A program made the position numbers and the translations under genes. A stretch of DNA of 46,400 nt from positions 1 to 46,400 of the forward strand of contig DTRK01000002.1 in assembly GCA_012965955.1 (NCBI GenBank), in the 5' to 3' direction. Below, piece by piece: positions 31,118 through 39,851 of this stretch. The first letter of the stretch is position 1, and the number at the start of each line of letters is the position of its first letter. Below the pieces are notes generated by a model. The model saw only the letters and a list, made by a program, of their open reading frames with translations. It made no database searches and was not told where the DNA came from. This stretch comes from Flavobacteriales bacterium (GTDB lineage: Bacteria; Bacteroidota; Bacteroidia; NORP154).

Positions 31118-31636
31118 TTATCCGTTATATACTTTCTCCAATGATATTCCTCTTATTTTAGAGATTGCATTAGCATCTCTAAGCTGAACCAAGGCATCCA
31201 TTGTTGCTTTTACTACGTTATGTGGATTTGATGATCCTTTGGACTTGGCCAATACATCAGTCACACCGACGCTCTCGAGTACAGCTCTCATGGCACCACC
31301 GGCGATTACTCCCGTTCCGGTTGCTGCAGGTCGAATAAGGACCTTTGCTCCCCTATACTTTCCTTCTTGCATGTGAGGAATTGTTCCTTTGTGAATGGGA
31401 ACTCTCAACAAATTCTTCTTTGCATCATCAATGCCTTTCTCAATTGCAGCAGCGACTTCTTTCGACTTTCCCAGTCCGTGTCCAACAATTCCGTTCTCGT
31501 CACCTACAATAACGATAGCTGAGAAACCAAATGTTCTACCACCTTTGGTTACTTTGGTAACTCTGTTGATTGCAACCAGCCTGTCCTTAAGTTCAATTTC
31601 GCTGGCTTTAATTCGCCTGATATTCTTATTAATCAT
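31118..31636 (-). CDS. rpsE: 30S ribosomal protein S5
   Basis: [24 protein letters not shown]...[15 protein letters not shown]. Confidence 0.97.
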   Translation of the reverse strand: MINKNIRRIKASEIELKDRLVAINRVTKVTKGGRTFGFSAIVIVGDENGIVGHGLGKSKEVAAAIEKGIDDAKKNLLRVPIHKGTIPHMQEGKYRGAKVLIRPAATGTGVIAGGAMRAVLESVGVTDVLAKSKGSSNPHNVVKATMDALVQLRDANAISKIRGISLEKVYNG

Positions 31637-31640
31637 AGTT

Positions 31641-31991
31641 TTAAATAGTTAAACCGTTCTCCCTGGCTGATTCTGCTAAAGATTTGACCCTGCCGTGATA
31701 CAGGTAACCGCTTCTGTCAAAAATGACGGTTGAAATATTGGCCTTTTTTGCTTTTTCAGCAATGTCTTTACCCACAAGCTTTGCTTGTTCAATCTTATTT
31801 CCGCTTGCCTTCTTGTCTTCTAGAGAGCTGGCCGAAGCAATAGTTTTTCCATTTTCATCATTGATCAACTGCGCATAGATCTGTTTGTTGCTTCTGAATA
31901 CAGAAAGTCGCGGCCTTTCGGCTGTGCCAATAAGGGTACTCTTGAATCTGGATTTTATCCGCAGTCGGCGGGCTGATTTATCTATTGCCAT
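31641..31991 (-). CDS. rplR: 50S ribosomal protein L18
   Basis: [20 protein letters not shown]...[24 protein letters not shown]. Confidence 0.97.
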   Translation of the reverse strand: MAIDKSARRLRIKSRFKSTLIGTAERPRLSVFRSNKQIYAQLINDENGKTIASASSLEDKKASGNKIEQAKLVGKDIAEKAKKANISTVIFDRSGYLYHGRVKSLAESARENGLTI

Positions 31992-31994
31992 GAT

Positions 31995-32549
31995 TTACGT
32001 TTTTGCTACTGCTTTACCTGCTTTTCGTCTCAATACCTCATCCACAAACTTCACACCTTTACCTTTGTAAGGTTCTGGCTTGCGAAGCGACCGGATCTTA
32101 GCAGCTACCTGGCCAATTAGCTGTTTGTCATGCGACTTAAGCGTTATTCTGGGCGGCGTACCTCTTTTTGTTGCTGTTTCGAGCTTTATTTCTTCCGGAA
32201 TCTCCATGATAATGTTGTGCGAGTAACCCAAGACAAGTTCAAGAACCTGACCTTGGTTGGAGGCTCTATAACCTACCCCAACCAACTCAAGCTCTTTAGT
32301 ATAACCTTTCGAAACACCCTCAACCATATTGAAAATCAGTGAACGATAGAGACCGTGGAAAGTTTTGTCTTGGATATCATCTGTAAATCTGGAAACAATT
32401 ATTGATCCTTCAGCCTCCTTCACAGAAATCCGCTTATCAACATTCTGTACCAGCTCACCAAGTGGCCCCTTTACAGTTACCAGTGTATCGGCCACAGTCA
32501 CCTGTACTCCTTCTGGCAATTCAATTGGTAATTTTCCTATTCGTGACAT
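31995..32549 (-). CDS. rplF: 50S ribosomal protein L6
   Basis: I prefer the canonical MSRIGKLPIELP start at 32549. The ORF-track start at 32573 would overlap rpsH by 16 nt. Confidence 0.95.
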   Translation of the reverse strand: MSRIGKLPIELPEGVQVTVADTLVTVKGPLGELVQNVDKRISVKEAEGSIIVSRFTDDIQDKTFHGLYRSLIFNMVEGVSKGYTKELELVGVGYRASNQGQVLELVLGYSHNIIMEIPEEIKLETATKRGTPPRITLKSHDKQLIGQVAAKIRSLRKPEPYKGKGVKFVDEVLRRKAGKAVAKT

Positions 32550-32557
32550 TGTTCGTT

Positions 32558-32974
32558 TTAATAAATGTGGCAAAGTACTTCACCACCAATATGCTCTTTT
32601 CTTGCTTCTTTATCCGTCATAACTCCCTTAGAAGTAGACACAATTGCAACACCCAATCCATTGAGTACCCGCGGAAGAGAATCTGCGTTAGCATACTTCC
32701 GCAAACCCGGTTTACTCACGCGAATTAACTTCTTAATTGCTGGTTGTTTGGTTTCAGCGTCGTACTTTAATGCAATCTTCAGGTTGTCTTGAGTCCCTAT
32801 GCTCCTATTAGACTCTTTGCTGCCCTCTACTTTGTAGTTTAGGATATATCCTTTATCCAATAAGGTCTCGGTCATTGCCCGCTTAATTTTGGAAGAAGGG
32901 ATATTCACAACCTTATGCTTAGCCATTAAGGCATTTCGCATTCGGGTTAAATAATCTGCAATTGGATCGGTCAT
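32558..32974 (-). CDS. rpsH: 30S ribosomal protein S8
   Basis: MTDPIADYLTRMRNALMAKHK...GVAIVSTSKGVMTDKEARKEHIGGEVLCHIY. Confidence 0.97.
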   Translation of the reverse strand: MTDPIADYLTRMRNALMAKHKVVNIPSSKIKRAMTETLLDKGYILNYKVEGSKESNRSIGTQDNLKIALKYDAETKQPAIKKLIRVSKPGLRKYANADSLPRVLNGLGVAIVSTSKGVMTDKEARKEHIGGEVLCHIY

Positions 32975-33005
32975 CTTTATTATTTGTTATTAGTTCTTTC
33001 TAGGC

Positions 33006-33275
33006 TTACCAGCTGGCTTTTCGTACACCTGGAATAAGGCCTTGCTCTGCCATTTCCCTGAACACGATTCTAGAGACTCCATAGTGACGGATATATCCTT
33101 TCGGCCGGCCAGTTAAGCTGCATCTATTGTGTAGTCTTACAGGAGATGCATTTTTGGGAAGCTTTTGTAGCCCTACGTAGTCGCCAGCTTTTTTCAAAGC
33201 CGCTCTCTTTTCAGCATACCTCGCAACCATCTTCTGTCTTTTGACCTCTCGGGCCTTCATTGATTCTTTAGCCAT
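33006..33275 (-). CDS. rpsN: 30S ribosomal protein S14 (long, non-zinc form)
   Basis: [17 protein letters not shown]...[43 protein letters not shown], with no CxxC pairs. Confidence 0.96.
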   Translation of the reverse strand: MAKESMKAREVKRQKMVARYAEKRAALKKAGDYVGLQKLPKNASPVRLHNRCSLTGRPKGYIRHYGVSRIVFREMAEQGLIPGVRKASW

Positions 33276-33277
33276 CC

Positions 33278-33829
33278 TTATTGTTTTTTAAATGGTAATC
33301 CTAGTTCGCTTAACAATGCCAACGATTCTTCTTTGGTATTGGCAGTTGTTACAAATGTGATATCCATGCCGGTTATCTCTTTTACCTTGTCAATGTCAAT
33401 CTCCGGAAAGACGATCTGCTCTTTAATGCCCATGGAGTAGTTTCCAAATTTGTCAAATCCCTTGAGGCTGATACCCCTAAAGTCTCTTGTTCGAGGAATT
33501 GCAACTGCAATTAGTCGCTCTAGGAACTCATACATTCTTTCTCCACGTAAAACTACACGTGCGCCAATTGGAACACCTTTTCTCAACTTGAAGTTCGAGA
33601 TGTCCTTCTTGGAGATTGCAGGTACTGCTTTCTGGCCGGCAATTATGCTCATTTCTACCAGGGCATGATCAACAAGCTTCTTATCTGCAGTTGCTCTTCC
33701 CACCCCTTGATTTAGACAAATCTTGGTGAGTTTTGGTGCTTGCATAGGAGAAGCATAAGAGAATTTCTCCATCAAAGCAGGGACCACCTCCTCTTTGTAC
33801 TTCGTTTTTAATGTAGGTATGTATGTCAT
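33278..33829 (-). CDS. rplE: 50S ribosomal protein L5
   Basis: The operon position fits, with CLNQGVG... and ...[16 protein letters not shown]. Confidence 0.97.
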   Translation of the reverse strand: MTYIPTLKTKYKEEVVPALMEKFSYASPMQAPKLTKICLNQGVGRATADKKLVDHALVEMSIIAGQKAVPAISKKDISNFKLRKGVPIGARVVLRGERMYEFLERLIAVAIPRTRDFRGISLKGFDKFGNYSMGIKEQIVFPEIDIDKVKEITGMDITFVTTANTKEESLALLSELGLPFKKQ

Positions 33830-33830
33830 C

Positions 33831-34151
33831 TTACTTAATGATTTCGCCGGTTTTCTTGGAATACCGAGCTAGTTTCCCGTTGGAGTCAATCTTTCTACCA
33901 ACTTTTGTCGGCTCTCCCGTGGCCGGGTCAACCAACATCAAATTTGAGATGTGAATTGACGCCTCTTGCTTAACTATACCACCTTGCTGGTTTTGAGCAG
34001 AAGGCCGGGAGTGTTTAGAAACCATGTTCAAGCCTTCCACAATAGCTCGGTTTTGAGAAATGAACACAGAAAGAACCCTTCCTGTTTTTCCCCTGTCTTC
34101 CCCAGTGATTACCGCAACGGTCTCTCCTTTTTTGAAGCTTATTTTGCCCAT
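33831..34151 (-). CDS. rplX: 50S ribosomal protein L24
   Basis: A KOW motif ([21 protein letters not shown]) and the expected operon position. Confidence 0.96.
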   Translation of the reverse strand: MGKISFKKGETVAVITGEDRGKTGRVLSVFISQNRAIVEGLNMVSKHSRPSAQNQQGGIVKQEASIHISNLMLVDPATGEPTKVGRKIDSNGKLARYSKKTGEIIK

Positions 34152-34172
34152 TTTGTAATACTTAATATCTTA

Positions 34173-34541
34173 TTACAGCACCTCTGGTGCCAACGAAATT
34201 ATTTTCATGTACTGTCGCTCTCTTAACTCTCTCGCTACTGGTCCGAAGATCCTTGTTCCTCTCAATTCGGCTTCAGGGGTTAACAACACACATGCGTTAT
34301 CGTCAAATCGGATATACGAACCGTCTTTTCGCCGCACTTCCTTCTTGGTTCTTACGATAACAGCCTTTGTTACTGTCCCTTTTTTGATGTTGCCTGCAGG
34401 CATTGCGTCCTTTACAGTTACCACGATGGTGTCTCCAACGCTAGCATAGCGGCGTTTGGTACCACCGAGAACATTGATGCACAGAACTTCTTTTGCACCA
34501 CTGTTATCAGCTACAGCTAATCTTGATTCTTGTTGTATCAT
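34173..34541 (-). CDS. rplN: 50S ribosomal protein L14
   Basis: [22 protein letters not shown]... Confidence 0.98.
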   Translation of the reverse strand: MIQQESRLAVADNSGAKEVLCINVLGGTKRRYASVGDTIVVTVKDAMPAGNIKKGTVTKAVIVRTKKEVRRKDGSYIRFDDNACVLLTPEAELRGTRIFGPVARELRERQYMKIISLAPEVL

Positions 34542-34542
34542 C

Positions 34543-34800
34543 TTACTTAGCTTTTTCTACAATTTCAACTACTCGCCAGCATTTGCTTTTGCTGATTGGT
34601 CGCGTTTCCATGATCCTAACCGTATCACCCACGCCGCACTCATTATTCTCATCATGAGCTAACAACCGTGTAGTCTTCTTAATGAACTTGCCATATCTAG
34701 GGTGCTTTACTTTTCTCCTAACATTGACACATACTGACTTGTCCATGCCACTACTGGCAACAAGTCCTGTTCTTACTTTTCTTAAGTTTCTGTCTTCCAT
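34543..34800 (-). CDS. rpsQ: 30S ribosomal protein S17
   Basis: [46 protein letters not shown]. Confidence 0.97.
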   Translation of the reverse strand: MEDRNLRKVRTGLVASSGMDKSVCVNVRRKVKHPRYGKFIKKTTRLLAHDENNECGVGDTVRIMETRPISKSKCWRVVEIVEKAK

Positions 34801-34817
34801 GGTTCGTTAAGCTTGAG

Positions 34818-34836
34818 TGCCTGACAGGCAGGCAGG
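34818..34836 (-). repeat. GC-rich (CCTG)3 hairpin element in the rpmC-rpsQ spacer
   Basis: The mRNA-sense sequence is CCTGCCTGCCTGTCAGGCA. TGCCTG can pair with CAGGCA around a 5-nt loop. It shares the 12-mer AACCTGCCTGCC with the element at 37085-37104. Confidence 0.6.
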
Positions 34837-34847
34837 TTCTCTTCAGT

Positions 34848-35144
34848 TTATTCAGTCTCTACAGCACCCCCTGCTTTCTTTGTTTCTTCATTCGGGGCGA
34901 TTTCCTCAGTATTTTTAGCATTTACCTGAGCTGTCTGGGAAGTTGTCTCTGCATCTTCCCCTGCTCTTTTGGTCAATTCAGTTGATAAACGAGCAATTGT
35001 TTTTCGGGCATACTTCAATTTCAAGGGGTTTTCCAGACTGGAAACCACATGGTTCATCTTCAACTTTTGATATGCGTTTTTCTCGTTATCAATCATCTCT
35101 TGTATTTCTACTGAGGACATCTCTCTGATTACAGCTGCTTTCAT
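34848..35144 (-). CDS. rpmC: 50S ribosomal protein L29 with ~38-aa C-terminal extension
   Basis: The L29 core is MKAAVIREMSSVEIQEMIDNEK...KTIARLSTELTKR. The tail GEDAETTSQTAQVNAKNTEEIAPNEETKKAGGAVETE follows. Confidence 0.93.
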   Translation of the reverse strand: MKAAVIREMSSVEIQEMIDNEKNAYQKLKMNHVVSSLENPLKLKYARKTIARLSTELTKRAGEDAETTSQTAQVNAKNTEEIAPNEETKKAGGAVETE

Positions 35145-35164
35145 GATAATTCGTTCTTAATAAT

Positions 35165-35590
35165 CTAGTCTCTGTTAACAAAATCCCTTCTTACCATGAA
35201 TTTGGTTTTGATCGGGAGTTTCTGGGAGGCTAGTCTCATTGCTTCTTTTGCGATGTCCAGAGGTACACCTTCAGATTCAATTAGAATTCTACCAGGGCTT
35301 ATTCTTGCCACAAAGTATTCTGGAGCCCCCTTGCCTTTCCCCATCCTTACTTCAGCTGGTTTCTTGGTAACGGGCTTGTCAGGGAATACACGTATCCACA
35401 ACTGACCTTCCCTTTTCATGTAACGCGTTACAGCGATACGAGCAGCTTCAATCTGACGACTGGTCAACCAACACTCTTCCAGCGCCTTAATGCCAAAGGA
35501 GCCAAAAGCCAACTGGTGCCCTCTCTGGGAGTTGCCCTTCATCCGCCCTTTCTGCATCTTGCGGAATTTTGTTCTTTTTGGTTGTAACAT
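35165..35590 (-). CDS. rplP: 50S ribosomal protein L16
   Basis: [19 protein letters not shown]...[14 protein letters not shown]. Confidence 0.98.
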   Translation of the reverse strand: MLQPKRTKFRKMQKGRMKGNSQRGHQLAFGSFGIKALEECWLTSRQIEAARIAVTRYMKREGQLWIRVFPDKPVTKKPAEVRMGKGKGAPEYFVARISPGRILIESEGVPLDIAKEAMRLASQKLPIKTKFMVRRDFVNRD

Positions 35591-35605
35591 CTCTATAATA
35601 AATAC

Positions 35606-35620
35606 ACCTGAAACCCAGGC
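35606..35620 (-). repeat. Small CCTG/CAGG hairpin in the rplP-rpsC spacer
   Basis: The forward sequence ACCTGAAACCCAGGC gives CCTG and CAGG arms with a 5-6 nt loop. It lies in a 45-nt spacer. Confidence 0.4.
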
Positions 35621-35635
35621 ATTAATGAATCTCTT

Positions 35636-36355
35636 TTATCTGTTCTGGTTGAATCTTGGCGAAGGTATTTTCCTACCCTTGGGAGCTGCTTTGTTCTTTT
35701 GCATGCCAATGTTTGGAGAGAGATCCCTCTTTCCATATACTTCTCCTTTACATATCCACACTTTCACGCCAATTTTCCCATAAGACATCTGAGCTTCTGA
35801 TAATGCATAGTCAATATCTGCCCTAAATGTATGAAGTGGAATCCTGCCGTCTTTATACTGTTCTGTTCTCGCCATCTCGGCACCATTCAGGCGCCCCGAA
35901 ATCATGATCTTAATTCCCTGAGCACCCATCCTCATGGTTGAGGCAATGGACATTTTCGTTGCTCTTCTGAAAGAAATACGACCTTCTATTTGCTTCGCAA
36001 CACTGTCAGCAACCAATTTCGCATCTAACTCGGGCCGCTTGATCTCAAAGATGTTTATCTGCACCTCTTTCTTGGTGATCTTTTTTAATTCCTCCTTAAG
36101 TTTATCAACTTCCTGTCCTCCCTTGCCAATGATGATGCCTGGTCGCGCTGTATTGATAGTAACGGTAATTAGCTTGAGGGTTCTTTCGATGATAATTTTC
36201 GAAACACTGGCTTTCTCCAATCTGGCCCCTAAATACTTGCGGATCTTATCGTCCTCTAGCAATTTAGCTGCGCAATCTTTTTCACTGTACCAGTTAGAGT
36301 CCCATCCGTTGATGATACCCAGTCTGTTACCTATAGGATTTGTTTTTTGGCCCAT
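35636..36355 (-). CDS. rpsC: 30S ribosomal protein S3
   Basis: [23 protein letters not shown], a KH domain, and [12 protein letters not shown]. Confidence 0.98.
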   Translation of the reverse strand: MGQKTNPIGNRLGIINGWDSNWYSEKDCAAKLLEDDKIRKYLGARLEKASVSKIIIERTLKLITVTINTARPGIIIGKGGQEVDKLKEELKKITKKEVQINIFEIKRPELDAKLVADSVAKQIEGRISFRRATKMSIASTMRMGAQGIKIMISGRLNGAEMARTEQYKDGRIPLHTFRADIDYALSEAQMSYGKIGVKVWICKGEVYGKRDLSPNIGMQKNKAAPKGRKIPSPRFNQNR

Positions 36356-36360
36356 TTAGT

Positions 36361-36771
36361 TTAAGCTGTTTCAGTTGTAACCATAGCGTCGACTATTAAG
36401 GTTACGTGATTAGATCTCTTTCTTATTCTGTGCGCCCTTCCTTGCGGAGCAGGCCTTATTCTCTTTAGCTGACGTGCGCTATCCACATAAATGCTCTTTA
36501 TATAAAGATTTCCATCTTCGAGCCGAACACCTTCATTCTTAGTTCTCCAGTTAGCAATTGCAGACATGAGAAGTTTCTCAACCCTGCCAGACGCTTCCTT
36601 GGGGCTGAACTTTAGTATGTTCAAAGCCTGAGTTACCTCCTGGCCTCGGACCATGTCAGCGACAAGTCGCATCTTGCGAGGTGATGTAGGACAGTTATTT
36701 AGCTTGGCTAGATAAGTTGTCTTTCTCTCTTCCTTGCGCTTAATTGCTGTTTTTTCCTTTCTTGAACCCAC
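36361..36771 (-). CDS. rplV: 50S ribosomal protein L22 (GTG start)
   Basis: [17 protein letters not shown]...[18 protein letters not shown]. The start codon at 36771..36769 is GTG. Confidence 0.95.
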   Translation of the reverse strand: MGSRKEKTAIKRKEERKTTYLAKLNNCPTSPRKMRLVADMVRGQEVTQALNILKFSPKEASGRVEKLLMSAIANWRTKNEGVRLEDGNLYIKSIYVDSARQLKRIRPAPQGRAHRIRKRSNHVTLIVDAMVTTETA

Positions 36772-36796
36772 TTTATTGTCCTTTTAAGATACTTTG

Positions 36797-37066
36797 TTAT
36801 GATTTTCTATGCCCAGAGTGCCCTCTATACTGCCTGGTTGGAGCAAATTCTCCTAGTTTGTGTCCCACCATGTTTTCAGTCACATAAACTGGAATAAATT
36901 TGTTGCCATTGTGAACAGCGATAGTAAGCCCAACGAATTCCGGCGATATCATGGAAGCCCTTGACCAGGTTTTAATAACCGCTTTCTTTCCAGATTGCTG
37001 TTGTTCAATCACTTTCTTTTCAAGTTTGTAATCTATAAATGGCCCCTTTTTAAGCGAACGTGGCAT
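36797..37066 (-). CDS. rpsS: 30S ribosomal protein S19
   Basis: [15 protein letters not shown]...[28 protein letters not shown]. Confidence 0.98.
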   Translation of the reverse strand: MPRSLKKGPFIDYKLEKKVIEQQQSGKKAVIKTWSRASMISPEFVGLTIAVHNGNKFIPVYVTENMVGHKLGEFAPTRQYRGHSGHRKS

Positions 37067-37084
37067 AGTATTATAATTTGTCAG

Positions 37085-37104
37085 CCTGCCTGCCGGCAGG
37101 CAGG
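37085..37104. repeat. Perfect 20-nt GC-rich palindrome CCTGCCTGCCGGCAGGCAGG in the rplB-rpsS spacer
   Basis: Read directly from the sequence. It is its own reverse complement and starts 1 nt after the rplB stop codon in mRNA sense. Flanking G-U and A-U pairs can extend the pairing by 2 bp. Confidence 0.9.
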
Positions 37105-37105
37105 T

Positions 37106-37930
37106 TTATTTCTTTCGTTTTTCTACAATGTACCTGTTGGAGCTCTTCTTTTTAGAGCGGGTCTTAAACCCTTTAGCAGGTAGTCCAGTTCTAGATCTTG
37201 GATGACCGCCGGAAGCCTTACCTTCACCACCACCCATTGGGTGATCTACAGGATTCATGGCTACACCCCTGGTTCTGGGTCTTTTTCCCCTCCATCGGTT
37301 TCCTCCAGCCTTGCCGATGGTTTGCAATTGATGATCACCATTAGACACTACACCAATTGTTGCTTTGCAAGTACCGAGAATCATACGAGTTTCTCCAGAA
37401 GGCAGCTTTACATTTACGTATTTCCCTTCTTTCGCTGTGAGCTGTGCGTATCCACCGGCTCCTCTCGCGAGTACGCCGCCCTGTCCAGGTCGAAGTTCGA
37501 TGTTATGGATAATGGTACCAAAAGGCACGTCTTTTAGGAACAGTGCATTTCCCACTTCAGGTGTCGCCTTCTCTCCTGATTCAACCGTTTGATCCACTTT
37601 AATCCCATTTGGTGCAATGATGTATCGCTTCTCTCCATCTGCATAGTACACTAAAGCAATGCGAGCAGTTCTATTTGGATCGTATTCGATAGCTTTCACT
37701 TTGCCTGGTACACCGTCTTTGTCTCTTTTAAAGTCAATTACACGATATAGTTTCTTGTGCCCACCGCCCACATTTCTTACAGTCATCTTGCCAGTATCAT
37801 TCCTTCCACCGTGTCGTCGCTTACCTGCAACCAAGCTCTTCTCAGGCTTTGAGGCAGTAATGGTTTCAAACGCAGAAAGGACTTTAAATCTCTGTCCTGG
37901 TGTAACTGGTTTTAGTTTTCTAACACCCAT
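37106..37930 (-). CDS. rplB: 50S ribosomal protein L2
   Basis: [15 protein letters not shown]...GGGHKKLYR...[16 protein letters not shown]. Confidence 0.98.
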   Translation of the reverse strand: MGVRKLKPVTPGQRFKVLSAFETITASKPEKSLVAGKRRHGGRNDTGKMTVRNVGGGHKKLYRVIDFKRDKDGVPGKVKAIEYDPNRTARIALVYYADGEKRYIIAPNGIKVDQTVESGEKATPEVGNALFLKDVPFGTIIHNIELRPGQGGVLARGAGGYAQLTAKEGKYVNVKLPSGETRMILGTCKATIGVVSNGDHQLQTIGKAGGNRWRGKRPRTRGVAMNPVDHPMGGGEGKASGGHPRSRTGLPAKGFKTRSKKKSSNRYIVEKRKK

Positions 37931-37940
37931 CTTTGCTTAA

Positions 37941-38231
37941 TTATACGTTGCTATAAAAGTCGATTGTATCCCCTTCAGCGAGGGTTACAATTGCTTTCTT
38001 ATATGATTTTGTTCGTCCAGAAATAGCGCCTGCCTTTGTGTTCCTTGACCGGGGCTTCCCCGTATAGTTCATGGTCCTTACTTTATCAACCGTAACACCA
38101 TACATCTCTTCTATCACCTTTGCGATATCAATTTTGTTGGCCTTTCTGTCAACCACGAAACCATAGCGATTGAAGCTGTCGCTTTCAGCGGTCATCTTCT
38201 CTGTAACAATTGGATTTTTTAGAATAGTCAT
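37941..38231 (-). CDS. rplW: 50S ribosomal protein L23
   Basis: Operon position, size, and FVVDRKANKIDIAKVIEEMYGV. Confidence 0.96.
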   Translation of the reverse strand: MTILKNPIVTEKMTAESDSFNRYGFVVDRKANKIDIAKVIEEMYGVTVDKVRTMNYTGKPRSRNTKAGAISGRTKSYKKAIVTLAEGDTIDFYSNV

Positions 38232-38233
38232 GA

Positions 38234-38863
38234 CTATTTGGCGAAAGATTTTTCTATTTCCGTTACGGCGCTTTCACACACCACCAAAGTCTTAGCACTT
38301 AAGATTTGGTAGGTATTGAGATGGGCTGCGCTGATTACTGTAGCTTTCGGGATATTGCGAGCCGCTAGAGTGATGTTTGTGTCGTTTTCAGCAATAATCA
38401 GCAGTGATCGACTGCCAGCCATATCCAGGTTCGCAAGGAGATTAGCGTACTCTTTGGTCTTAGGCACGTCAAATTTAAAGTCTTCAATAATAGTCAGACA
38501 TTTATCCTTAACCTTGTAAGACAGCGCCGACTTTCTGGCAACCTGTTTAAGCTTTCTGTTGAGTTTGAAGCCATGATCTTGCGGACGAGGTCCAAATGCA
38601 CGTCCACCTCCTCTAAAGATTGGATTTTTGATGTCACCAACCCTGGCGCTTCCGGTTCCCTTTTGTCTTCGTATCTTCCTTCTGGATCCGGTGATCTCGC
38701 TACGTTCTTTGGCTTTGCTTGTCCCTTGCCTTTGATGGGCGAGATACTGCTTTACATCCAAATAAACCGCGTGATCATTCGGCTCAATGCCAAAAACGTC
38801 ATCCTTCAACTTGGCTTTCTTGCTGGTCTTTTTGCCTGCTATGGTTACTACTGGTAATTCCAT
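38234..38863 (-). CDS. rplD: 50S ribosomal protein L4
   Basis: RQGTSKAKERSEITGSRRKIRRQKGTGSARVGDIKNPIFRGGGRAFGPRP. Confidence 0.97.
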   Translation of the reverse strand: MELPVVTIAGKKTSKKAKLKDDVFGIEPNDHAVYLDVKQYLAHQRQGTSKAKERSEITGSRRKIRRQKGTGSARVGDIKNPIFRGGGRAFGPRPQDHGFKLNRKLKQVARKSALSYKVKDKCLTIIEDFKFDVPKTKEYANLLANLDMAGSRSLLIIAENDTNITLAARNIPKATVISAAHLNTYQILSAKTLVVCESAVTEIEKSFAK

Positions 38864-38874
38864 TATACTCGCAA

Positions 38875-39513
38875 TTATCTTTGTATATATACATATGAAC
38901 CCTTAGCTCCGGGAATAGATCCTTTAACCACTAAGAGGTTTTGCTCTGGCAATACTTTGATAACCTTCAGGTTGATGGCTTTAATGCGTTCATTTCCCAT
39001 CTGTCCGCCCATTCGCATTCCCTTAAAAACACGTGCCGGGTAAGAGGCAGCGCCAATGGAACCTGGATGTCTTTGCCTGTCTTTTTGACCGTGCGTTGCT
39101 CCACCTACTCCGTGAAATCCGTGACGCTTAACAACGCCTTGAAATCCTTTTCCCTTGGAAGTGCCAACAACATCTACCCATTCACCTTCTGTGAACATCT
39201 CAACGTTGATGATGCTTCCCGCTTTTAACGCCTCGCTTCCTTCTTCACCTCTTTGTTTTGGAATGTTAAACTCAGCCAATTTCTTTTTTGGCGTTGTCCC
39301 AGCCTTTGTAAAATGGCCTTTCATCCCAGCAGAAGTGTTCTTCTCTTTTGCTTCGTCAAAACCGACCTGAAGAGCATCGTAGCCATCCACTTCTTTGGTT
39401 TTCACCTGAGTTACAACACAGGGACCTGCTTCAATAACAGTGCATGCAACGTTGTTGCCCTTGTCATTAAAGGTGCTGGTCATTCCTATCTTTTTCCCTA
39501 TAATTCCTGACAT
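38875..39513 (-). CDS. rplC: 50S ribosomal protein L3
   Basis: [15 protein letters not shown]...[13 protein letters not shown]. Confidence 0.98.
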   Translation of the reverse strand: MSGIIGKKIGMTSTFNDKGNNVACTVIEAGPCVVTQVKTKEVDGYDALQVGFDEAKEKNTSAGMKGHFTKAGTTPKKKLAEFNIPKQRGEEGSEALKAGSIINVEMFTEGEWVDVVGTSKGKGFQGVVKRHGFHGVGGATHGQKDRQRHPGSIGAASYPARVFKGMRMGGQMGNERIKAINLKVIKVLPEQNLLVVKGSIPGAKGSYVYIQR

Positions 39514-39523
39514 GAGTCCTTTA

Positions 39524-39829
39524 TTATACTTTGATTTCTACATCGACCCCACTTGGCAGTTCAAGCTTCATTAAAGCATCAACAGTTTTAGGTGTGGAAC
39601 TATAGATATCCATTAGCCTTTTATATGAGCTAACTTGATATTGATCTCTCGCCTTCTTATTAACATGTGGCGAACTTAAAACAGTAAAGATTTTCTTGTT
39701 GGTAGGCAGAGGTATTGGCCCAGAAATAATGGCACCGGTTGACTTTACCGTCTTTACAATTTTCTCAGCTGACCTGTCAACCAAGTTGTAATCATAAGAT
39801 TTTAATTTGATCCTGATTTTGTGATTCAT
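39524..39829 (-). CDS. rpsJ: 30S ribosomal protein S10
   Basis: [21 protein letters not shown]...GPIPLPT...[13 protein letters not shown]. Confidence 0.98.
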   Translation of the reverse strand: MNHKIRIKLKSYDYNLVDRSAEKIVKTVKSTGAIISGPIPLPTNKKIFTVLSSPHVNKKARDQYQVSSYKRLMDIYSSTPKTVDALMKLELPSGVDVEIKV

Positions 39830-39851
39830 GCTTTTGCTTATTGTCCTTTAT

